Shown here piece by piece: positions 48,966 to 60,900 of a stretch of DNA of 64,000 bases (positions are counted from its first letter, which is position 1; each line of letters begins with the position of its first letter). Position numbers and translations under genes: made by a program. The notes beneath the pieces are model-generated. The model saw only the letters and a program-made list of their open reading frames with translations, was not told where the DNA came from and searched no databases. Source of the stretch: Asterias rubens (taxonomy: Eukaryota); contig NC_047080.1 in assembly GCF_902459465.1 (NCBI RefSeq), positions 496,001-560,000 of the forward strand, written 5' to 3'.

Positions 48966-51248
48966 TAGGCAAAGACACACACAGACAGAACACAAACACT
49001 TGGCACATGTATAGAGGAGGAGACGTCTTCGACCAGCAGAGTGAACTAGTGAGTGATGATCATTGATTTCTGATGCTGACAACCTTAGCAACTGTCACAA
49101 TGCCATATACACTATCTACAAATTAATACATAAACTCCAAACACGAATGTCAGGTGTGATTTTTTTTTAGATTGTAATCATTTTTTCATTCTTCCATTCG
49201 GATTAGTTGTTATCGCTGACCCCCCCTTGTATCTCATTCCTTGAAAGTTCCATGAATCATCCGAAAATGTAAGATGAAACAAATTGTGTTAAAAATTAAG
49301 TAATAGGAATTGGACATGGTTATAACCCGAAGGGGCACAGCTCTTTGTTTTTGGTTGTGTTTGTTTTTCCACATTATTTTTCGGTGTACCGGATTAAAAA
49401 CTGCATAACGGAAAAATATCCACAGGCAGTGATAAAGATAACTTTAATGTGATAATGTAAAATCAGCATAACAATAATAGTTAAGAGATTTGTAAAGTGC
49501 CTAATGCAAAGCCTCTATAAGCAAAAAGAGAACAATTACAACGACAGAAAGATAGATTACAAGAAAACAGATTACAAATAAGCAGCTTCAAACATGAATG
49601 AGTTATTTAACAGAGACTTCAAAACAGTGTAAAGAACTTTAGCCTGGGGAAAAGCACAGGAAGACTGCTCCAAACAAATGGAACACGTCAGAGAATGGCC
49701 CTTGACCATGAAAATGGAAGCTTTTGCAGTTGAAAACAACATAGCTTTTTGCTAATTGCGCAAGCGCTTACTGTAGAATGAGGCACGTATAGATCGAAGT
49801 GATCGCAAGCTAGCATGCGCCGACAGCGTGCATCGAGTATTTGCGATAGACGATTGTCAAGTCAGGGTAGGGGAATAATGGTCAACATGTTCAGATAAAT
49901 AAACAGGAGATTGACATATTTCAGATTTAAAAGTTAATTGTAAATTGAGCGATATTGAACTCAAAGTTATCAGATTTCAATCATTTATCTGTGTATATCT
50001 CCCCACTGTTTGTGGCAGTATTCAATTACCATTCGGGAGGGGAAATACAACAAGCCTTCGCCGAGTATCCACTCGAAGTGTGAAACACAGGATCGTGTAC
50101 TCCATTTTCGTTAATTTTTCTCAAATCATGTTTTTTTAAGAAACTGTTATTTTATGATGATTTATTTTTCTAAATTACACGTGTGCCAGGCGAATAGCTT
50201 GCGTGAGATTTATACTGATTGGTGTAATAAGGCATTTCTGCTTCGTGATCATAATTCACAAAAATATGTTGGCATTTATTACGATGGGTTATTTACATAG
50301 TGAATAAAATTAAAACGGGGGGAAAATCAAATCAGACACGTGTTCCTTGCGAATAAACAGGAAGTCTGCCCTGTCATGTTTTTTTGAATGGCTGATGTAA
50401 AACCATGGTAAAACGATGATTTATTTTATACCAATTTATCTAATGATGCTTCGCGTATGACTTCAAGGAAACTAAATGTTTCTGAGAATGAATAGGACGC
50501 ATTCTTTGCTTGCTATAAGGCACAGTTTACTCCCCTCCCACTCCTATTGTGTCTTCGGATCATCACAATAAGTACCCAAACCGTTTAACAAGGGCCGGTT
50601 ATATGAACTTAGTCCAAAATGAAAGAAATCAAACAAATTAAAATGGACAAAAAACATTATGACAATTAACTTAATACAAACAAAAACTACAAACATTTAT
50701 TTGTGGAAATCTGATCTCTCAAAAATTAAAGTTGCTTTTAAAACAATTGTATGTAAAACATAAATCTTTAACCACACGGCAAAAACAGTATATTTCAAGA
50801 TGGAACAATATTTATAAATAATACTTCTTTCCTATACCTACTATAATATATTATAAAATATATCAACTGTAATTGCAATATAAATATTACATAGTGAAAA
50901 AGGCACATCTTTCTGTTTCAGTTATGGATCAAGTTTGTTGCCTGAACATGCAAAATTGAACTATTTTCCTCCACTCCAAATATTAAAATTAAGTTGAAGG
51001 GGGATTTGGGGGGTGGGGTAAAGCAGAGTGACACATTCCCATGAAATGTGGACATGATACATCGTAAGCCTGCACTAATAAACTAATATATTGAGCCAAG
51101 TATTATAGGGCTGCTTAAGCAGAAAATAGTGCTTAATCATTTTCTTCTAAGCAAAGATATGGTGAGGAACCGATTCTGCAAATGTTGCATATGGAATGGT
51201 ATCTTAGCTGACAACCTTTTACTGAATAGCACAAATGTTTTGTGCGTA

Positions 51249-51323
51249 GTTGTTTGTTTGTTTGTTTGATTGGTTGATTGATTGATTGTTTGTTTGTTTG
51301 TTTGTTTGTTTGTTTGTTTGTTT
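51249..51323. repeat. (GTTT)n/(GATT)n microsatellite
   Basis: Visible directly in the sequence. Confidence 0.9.
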
Positions 51324-51952
51324 ATTGGGGGTGTTTGTTATAAAAAAAAATAATAATAAATAAAATAAAAACACAAGAGTAAAAAACAAGAGTGACCTGC
51401 TCAGGGGTTTCCCTCAATGAGGGTGGCTACTACCCAAATCTGAAGAAGAATGATTGGGGTTGAGGTATATCTTCCTTGACAGATTATCTTGAAATCGTTG
51501 GGCTTTGTTGACAGAAACCATGTCAGCCTCCTGTAGATACATGACACAGTTCTACACAGGTAGAGATGCGTGTATTTGTGGACTGACAAAGATAAGTGGT
51601 TTCTTTGTTACTAGTTCATAACAAGATCCTAATTTGCAGACGAGGGTTTCAATAAAGGTACAAGTTAACCCAAGTTGGGATATAATTTTCCCAATTAGGG
51701 ATCAGTTGGTTCGGTTGACCAAGACACTGTGAAGTATCTATAGATTTACACGAGAATTGAGATAGCAATAAGATCCTGAATTGGGATAGCTACCCGATTA
51801 GTGATCTTTGATTGACAATTCTCCAGAAGTCTCCTGTTATCTTACTATTTATCGGCCAAGTGTTAATTGAGCCCAGGTTGGTGCTGAATGTTTCTCAAAG
51901 TCTCTGTGTTTGTTACTGGTAGAACTATATCCTCATTGGACCAGTAAGGGTA

Positions 51953-54900
51953 CTACCTCGTTTTGACTTTGACCTTTCTCTTACCGGTGCTTTTCTTCTT
52001 CTTGCTCCGTGGCGGTCGGGCGGCCCTCTTAGCCTCCATCTCAGACTGCAAGGTCATACGATCATTGGCTCTTACTGCAAGATGAAAAGGAAACTTTCAT
52101 CAGTTTCAAAAGAACTCCTTGTGGGAGTCTGCAGAGTTCCCTATATAGGATGGGAAGATAATCTAAACAAACAACAACGGTTAAGAGTGAGTAGATCAAA
52201 TGATACAAGCTCAATTGACATTTAATACTAGCCTGTTTCTGTCAGACATTGCTTTTGAATCTACCCCTTAATTATTTACTTTTTATTATCTTTCTGTGGT
52301 TGTCTAATGTTCTTAATGTCTTTATAATTTTATTTTAAATAATAATAGATTTTTAATATATGGCCAGGGATATTGGAATTGAAGGCCTTCGGGCTACAGT
52401 TTTTTGGTAAACTTTTTTAATTCCATGCATATGTCCCTGGCTTTTGTTTTGTTTTGATTATGTTTGTATTTTGTATGTGTTTTTATGCCTGATACATAAT
52501 AATAATAATAACATCTAATACATCAAACTTGACACTTATAGTAGAACGATGACACTGTAAACATTCAATAATACAATCTCAATTGACAACTTGAGTAATA
52601 CTCAATAGTTTCTTTTGTCACTAGTGTCTTTAAGCCTTCAAGAAAGACTCTGCTATGGTTGAAATGTCAGGCCCCAGAAAAAGATAAAATAAATTAATGA
52701 CAATATACTAACTAAGAAATCAATCAATTTTCCTCACATTAATAAATATTTGTCATTGTTCAACCCCAAACATTTAAATTTTACCCAGACAGATTTATGT
52801 GTAATTAAAGACAGTGGACACTCTTGGTTATTGTCAAAGACCAGTCTTCTCACTTGGTGTATCTCAACATATACATAAAATAACCAACCTGTGAAAATTT
52901 GAGCTCAATCGGTTGTCGAAGTTAAGAAAGAAAAAACACCCTTGTCACACGAAGTTGTGTGCTTTCAGATGCTTGATTTCGAGACCTCAAATTCTAAACT
53001 TGAGGTCTCAAAATCAAATTCGTAGAAAATTACTTCTTTCTCGAAAACTATGTCACTTCAGAGGGAGCCGATTCTCACAGTGTTTTATACTATCAACATC
53101 TCTCCATTACTCGTTACCAAGTAAGGTTTTATGCTAATAATTATTTAGAGTAATTACCAATAGTGTCCACTTCCTTTAACACAAAGTAGACCTTTGAAAC
53201 ACACTGAAAACCTATTTCTTCGGTCAGCAGAACTACGCATTATGTCCCATTTACCAAACATCAAGCAAACAACCTTTTTCATTTTCTGTTAAAGCTCTTC
53301 AGGAAAACTAACTGCCAGAAGCTCTCCAAGACAGTCCCATTTTTTTTCTGACGAGTTTGTTTGTCTCTTTCTGGGATGTCCTTTCAAAGTCTAATTCACT
53401 AATGTTTTTTTTTCTTGCCTGCCGTCAGCCAAATGAGCGGAGTGGCAAAGGGCCAACACCAATGACGGAAATGAAGGTTTATGACAATGAATACCCTGCA
53501 TATAGGAGATAGGCAATTTCGCAAAGAAAATGAAAGCCAGTTTTGGACAGCATAAGGACCATCTCTACCATGGTATGATTAAAGCCACTGGACATATTTG
53601 GTAATTGTCAACTTTTTATAAAGTAGAAGAAGAAAAACTGACTTGATGGCCTTGCCCTTTTAAAAACAAAGCATACACGCCTGGATATCTTCTGGATTCC
53701 AAGAGTAATAAACTTTTGTTTTCTTAATTGTGTGTAATACCTTAAAAGAAACCATAGGGTTCTTGAGTCTTTCAAAGAAGCCATTCAAAATTCCCAAATT
53801 TATATCTGGCCTGATACTTCATAGAAGCAACAAATGGGGTTGCCTCCATGCCCCCTGGTCATTGCCTCGGTGCCCTTTTTACAATTTACAATTTCCTCAT
53901 AGGGAACCCTCTACCAAGGAGAAAATACCTCGGTGCCCTTGCTCTTTCAAAAACAACGTTTACCGCCTGTGTTATTTATATTTAGTTCTTTTCATTGGCG
54001 GGTTGTTTTGTGCGACACCTTGAAGAAAGTTTAAATAAATTTCTCGAGTCTATACAAATCAAGTCTGTAAAAGTAGCCATTTGAACTCTGATAATTATAT
54101 TTGTAGTTCTTAATTAACAATCATTTTTAATTGGCGAATTTCGGTGTGCAATACCTGAAAAGAAAGCTTACTACTTTCTTGAGTCTATAACAATAGCCAT
54201 TCTAAATTTGGGCTAAAATCGGACAAAAACACACCAAGTATCTTTAAGATGCTGCCAACCAACCAGAAACACCGGAAGGAACCCCGTCCCCTTTTGATAA
54301 ATGCACTGTTTTTTTTAGGTGTGTTACACAACACACAGGGACAACGGCTTTACGTCCCGTCCAACCGTAAGACTAAGTACCATGGTTAGGTGTCTTGCCT
54401 GGGACTCGAACCCACACTCTGCTGATCAGAAACACAAGAGTTTGAGTCCGGTGCTTTTAACCTCTAGGCCATGACAAGCCATATTTCAATTCTGAAATGA
54501 GTTAATTAACAAGTACATGTGCCTTGGAGGTAGGCAGGAAATGAGGTGGGGACGCAGCGGTGACTTCTACTTTCAATTAGTGGATCGAGGGCACTGACGT
54601 GGGTTGAGTTCTTAATTGGTTTCAACATTTCCATGAGCCTGTTCTAGTCATCGTCAGAAGACAGAGGTCCGTAAATTACAAAAAATCCATCACAGCATCG
54701 CCACTACATAGTGTTTACGTGCAGGTTGACACACACACAACCCTCGTTTATAATTCATCCGCTCACAAATCCTTTCTTCGTTTTCAGTCCAAAAAACTAA
54801 ATGGCCGATGAGTCTTTTATTGGAAACGATTTGTCACTTTATTTTGTCCAGTGAAGTAACATAATTTAATATTGAGACAAGGATTCCCGCGAGGATCCTG

Positions 54901-57900
54901 TCTTATTAGGACTGCATCGTCAGTAAACCCAGCTGGGATGAGCAGCTTGGTGATGAGCAAAACGTTTCAATCATCTTAATTGCCATTACATTGTTCAACA
55001 CTCCACACAAATTAATAACTTCTCATTTATTCTAATTGCACGCAATTACAACAACAGTTTTTTCTCACAAAAAACAAACAAAAATTGTACTCACTGCCCA
55101 CTGCTAATTATGATAATTCGGAACTAGATTCCCTCAAAACAAGACTGATCCAGTAGTTAAAAAAATGGGGCTCAATTACACGCCCCAAAGATAACTAACG
55201 TAGTCTGACATCCTGGTAGTCAAATAATAGTGGTGAGGGCCTCACTGCAGTGTGGACCGTGCCTGAAAATAGTGCACATCGCACAGTAAAGTATGACCCC
55301 CAAAAATGGGTCCAGTTCAAAGAATTGACAATAGAAGATGACATCAGGGTATGTGGGTCAACCGAATCAAAAATGGCAAACGAATAAACTAAAAGTGGCC
55401 TTTGAGAAGTCAAATTGGAAAATGACTTCATGATTGCAGGTCTGGACTTTCATCTTTGAGAGCGCAAGGCCATTTTCATTTTGCAAAGGGCGCATGGAAA
55501 ATCTTAAAGTCTATAATAAGACACTGTTGATCGGGCAAAAAGGCCAAGACTAGGGCAACAGTGGTCTCTGTGGCGTCTGTAGTTACAAGCCTGTGGTTGC
55601 TATATATAGCTTTACGTGGAAAGACTCTACATCTTTATCTGTGACACTCCTAATTACATTGCTAGTTTGTAATTAGGAGTACATCAATGCATCATCGACC
55701 GTAGAGGAGGCTTTGGGGAAATGAAACATCTTTAATCAAAGGACAAATTTAGTAGGACTGGACTTATTCAATATGAAGCACCTGTGGGAATGCTCGGTGA
55801 TGTAGCTTTAAAGGTAGGGTCATATGTATGTAGCTCAGTGAATACTCAAACGAATTATTGACCATTATATTTACTTGGTGTGAGCAGCACTGCAGCTGTA
55901 TTTAAACTATTGACCATTATATTTACTTGGTGTGAGCAGCACTGCAGCTGTATTTAAACTATTGACCATTATATTTACTTGGTGTGAGCAGCACTGCAGC
56001 TGTATTTAAACTATTGACCATTATATTTACTTGGTGTGAGCAGCACTGCAGCTGTATTTAAACTATTGACCATTATATTTACTTGGTGTGAGCAGCACTG
56101 CAACTGTATTTAAACTATTGACCATTATATTTACTTGGTGTGAGCAGCACTGCAGCTGTATTTAAACTATTGACCATTATATTTACTTGGTGTGAGCAGC
56201 ACTGCAGCTGTATTTAAACTATTGACCATTATATTTACTTGGTGTGAGCAGCACTGCAGCTGTATTTAAACTATTGACCATTATATTTACTTGGTGTGAG
56301 CAGCACTGCAGCTGTATTTAAACTATTGACCATTATATTTACTTGGTGTGAGCAGCACTGCAACTGTATTTAAACTATTGACCATTATATTTACTTGGTG
56401 TGAGCAGCACTGCAGCTGTATTTAAACTATTGACCATTATATTTACTTGTTGTGAGCAGCACTGCAGCTGTATTTAAACTATTGACCATTATATTTACTT
56501 GGTGTGAGCAGCACTGCAGCTGTATTTAAACTATTGACCATTATATTTACTTGGTGTGAGCAGCACTGCAGCTGTATTTAAACTATTGACCATTATATTT
56601 ACTTGGTGTGAGCAGCACTGCAGCTGTATTTAAACTATTGACCATTATATTTACTTGGTGTGAGCAGCACTGCAGCTGTATTTAAACTATTGACCATTAT
56701 ATTTACTTGGTGTGAGCAGCACTGCAGCTGTATTTAAACTATTGACCATTATATTTACTTGGTGTGAGCGGCACTGCAGCTGTATTTAAACTATTGACCA
56801 TTATATTTACTTGGTGTGAGCAGCACTGCAGCTGTATTTAAACTATTGACCATTATATTTACTTGGTGTGAGCAGCACTGCAGCTGTATTTAAACTATTT
56901 TAAGGCAGGGTTCCCTTCAGTAGATTTCTTTAGAAAACTCAGAATAATAAATGTTTAACTTTTTGTTGTTGACATATTGACCTAGAAAACTGAAAAACAA
57001 AGTAAAGCCTCAAATGAAGCAGCCATTTAAAGGAACTGGGGCCGGTTTCACAAAGATCTCAAATTGATTGTAACTTCAAATCAATCGTAGTTGGTAAGTA
57101 AAGTGTGATGTCACAATACAAATCTCTATGGTGATACTGAAAATTTGTTTGCGATGAATTTTATTGCTTTGTGAAATCGGCCCACGTTTGGTAAAAAGTA
57201 AAAGTATACTAGCATTAGAATATTTGATACATAGAAAAACTTCAGCCCCAAAACCTTCCTCAGGCATAAAAATGCACACCAATTTGTTTTTATTATTATT
57301 TTATTACCAACTTCAATGACCAATGGAGCTCAAATTGTATGGATATGTTGGGATACATTGAGTCCCAGCATAGGAGTTTGCAATGGCTTTTCCCGATTCC
57401 TGCATGCCACTCTGTAGTTCAAACAGATGAGGCAATGTTTGCCAAAACCCAATCAGGCACGAAATGTCTGCAGAAATCGCAGTAAACGCAGGCATGAAAT
57501 TGGACCCTAAAGGGTAGCTGGGTATTCTCCCAGAAACAAAGCTCGTTTATTTGTTTCTATTACTTTAATTGCACATTGAAAGTTGAATTTGCAGTTAGTT
57601 TTTTATCCACCAAACAAGGGGATTTTTTTAATATATTGTTTTTAAACATTGATAAGTTTGCAGAGTTTGCAGGTTCTCCAGCATTTTCCAGGGTAAAACC
57701 TTGAGCCAATTGGATGAACAATTTGACACAATGGAGTGGACTTTCGGTTTTTGATCTATTGGACGCTGATCGGCGCAGAATTCTAATTAAACAACCAGCT
57801 AATTTGCAGAAGAACGCCTACAGGGGAGACAACAGCTATTGGCATTGTGGTGAAGATAACACTGAGATGATGACCAATGGCCTGTAACTCTGGAAATTTC

Positions 57901-60900
57901 GATTAAGAGCACCCGACTCAAGCTCTCAGGTTTCTGGGTGTGGGTTCAAGTCCCACTCGTCTGTCCATATAAGCAAGGCACTTAACCACTATTGCTTCGT
58001 CTTTCAGATGGGATGTAAAGCCATAGGTCCCTTTTGAAAATTCTTAAGGGGCACCAAGGCCAAGACCAGAGGCAACAAAGACCATGGCCCTCGTGGTCTG
58101 CAGGTAACTCCAGGACTGTAGTTTGCATCGCATGGTTGAGATTATCAAAGGATCGTCGAATGGCATCTTTTTTGAGAACGAGAACATGGAAACGAGTGTT
58201 CTCTTTTCAAAAACCAATGATGTATTACACTTGTGAAGGGTTTTTATACCTTTAGTAGATCAAGTTTTGGGCCATGACATGAATTCCTACTCTTTGTGAA
58301 TGAAGATGTATGCAATAATATATCTGTAGAAGTTTCAGCCTCATAGTCGTCAAGATTAGCATTAAAAAACAATTCCCTGAGATGAAAACTATTTTGAAAA
58401 TGTTTTTCTCATTTCCAAAAAACTACAACACCTCAGCAAGTAATATTTTAAGGAAACTTTCTCCCATCATTATCTTGAAACCTAACCTTATCAAATAAAT
58501 AGAAATCTGTGGACGATTGTGTTTTGTGTCGGACAAATAGTACATATAAATCCTTTTAGAGTGTTTTTTGGTAAGATTAGAATTCGACGTTGATGCATGC
58601 AAGGGAGCTATTCACGACCGATGGAGAGCGAGCTGACAATCCTAGATTTCGATCAAGCTCCGTTAGAATTTATTTATGATATCAAAGTCAGTGGAACATG
58701 CAATTAGCGTGATGGATGACTCTACTAAAGCCAATTGACAGCGAGACTCTTAACGACTACACTATTTATATTAGAAACTTGGTGCCTTAATCCACGAATG
58801 CCGGGCAACAAATTCTCAGCATTACTTGTTATTCATGATTTATTTATATGAAATCTCCCGCAAGACGAGTTCTCAAAGAACAAATCTACACAACATAATA
58901 GACATATCTGCTTGGTGTTCTTGCAAACTGAATTATAGACATCTTAAAACATACAATATGAGGACATTTAGTAGTAAGGTAACCGGCTAAAACACCATGT
59001 GCAATCAATAGACTATGACTGGTTTCCTTATGATTTTACTCGGCAGAGACATTTATTCGTGTATGATTCTTGACTTATTGCCATTCTCAAATAAGATTAT
59101 TATTTTGCAAACTGTTTCACACCTTTAGACTTTCATTTAAAAAAATATATATATCTTTGTGAATTATCCAATTTTTGTACTTTATGAATTTTTATTTGGG
59201 GAGGGGGATCGGTTGGGAAGTAGCATGTCTACTAATCCAGTTGTAAAACTTACTCATAATTTATTTTGTTTTGTTTAATTTTATGACTTTCTTACACAAT
59301 TTTAGCTCTTTTAACCCGTTTCTATAACCCTTCAAAGACAACTCAGTTCTGTATTTCACCACTTAATCTTGTTGATATTTTGCACTGCTGTTTTCAGGTA
59401 AAATGTCTGGAAATTTAACCCCAAATAACAAGCTTTCATTTTGAAGATATTGCACACAAAATCTGTCAATGATCAGGGCAGAAAATTTGGAAACTATGAG
59501 TGAATCGTTGTCAGTCCTCACACTATCCCACGTCCATAAACGATTTTGCGTTGTCCATGCCACTTGAGAATTTCGGTATGTTTTTCACTTTGAAAATAAA
59601 GAGCATCATCAGCATCAGAGAAAAACAGTTTTGTGATTGAAATACTTGATCAAGTTACAAACCACAGGGGAAACTGACTGGAGACTACCCACAAAGAGCT
59701 AGAGCTTGGATTATAAAGCATCGGTACCATAATCAGGATGTTGTTGGCCCATACCCAACTCTTATCAGGTTTTTTTCGTTCAATCCTAAATTATTTACAA
59801 ATTCTCTTGTGATTTATAACTTGATATTTGAAATATTTGAAAAGTTACATCCCCTGAAGGTGGTCCCCTGGCTGCCGCTTCCCAGGTTTTGTCATAAACT
59901 AATCCCTCGCTACGAGGCAATTACAGGTTGAATAGCTTGTGACAAGCGCCCCCAACCAAGCAAAGATATTGACAAATTAGGCAGACTGCCAACATAGGGC
60001 TGGATAGCTCAGGTGGTAGAGCGCAGCGGCACGTTAAATCGGAGGTCAATGTTCAAATCCCGCTCCAGTTGATTCTTCTTTCTTCAACCCCCAAAAATGT
60101 CTTTCCACAAAAATCTGGCCATGCAACTTGAGTATAATTTGTATTGCAGGAAAGTAGCCCTGTATTGAAGCAAGTAACTCAATGACCTTCAATGGTACTC
60201 ACCTAATGCCCTCTCCGCTAACTTGTACTTCCGAAAGAGATTTCCGAGCCAGGCTTCGGGCTGATTCAGTAAGCTTCAGGGAAAGTTCACAAATAAAGTG
60301 GGCAAATTTAATGCATTTCTATTAACCCTGTAAGATCTGTTCAAATTTGCCATGATGACATAAAGATTTCCTAGCAAGAAAGATAAATCTAAAGCTCAAT
60401 CACATCCTCTAGTTTTCAATAAACACAATCAATTTCATTCCGTGGTTTATTTCAATAAAGATTATAACAAATGAATGGGTTCAACGTTCTTGTCAAAATA
60501 CTATGACAGTTTTGTTGCTGTTTTCTCAGCAGGTAGAGGCTGTATTATGCTGAAACTTTAACTTGAAACTGTTATTTTATCTTTCTTGATAATTTTGTCC
60601 ATAAATTTTGATTACGTAGACAAACAAAATCTATAACCCAACCTTTTAAGGGACATTAAGAGAAACACAAATGAATTATAATTTATATAATTTATCACAA
60701 TTAAACCTTGGTGCAAGTCATAATTATGACAAATACTTAATAATAACATGAAGCAAGTGTGCCATATATGACACAGTTAAGATTAATATATCATAATTAT
60801 GATTTGGGTTAAGTCATAATTTTATCTTGTTCCAATAAAGTCATATTTATGAGATATATAAGTAAGAAGTCATAATTATGACTTGTAATTCCTCATAATT

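Noticed and set aside
49560-49930. CR1/L2 LINE 3' remnant on the minus strand
   Set aside because: Only a faint WSSLP-like trace, too degenerate to support as a feature.
52913-53137. 74-aa ORF as a transposase
   Set aside because: It lies inside a 370-bp non-autonomous element and has no DDE-like motifs.
34062-56899. The three tandem arrays as CRISPR arrays
   Set aside because: Units are contiguous with no unique spacers, there are no cas genes, and the context is eukaryotic.
59997-60068. Functional tRNA gene
   Set aside because: Acceptor, anticodon and T stems do not pair properly; better explained as a SINE head.
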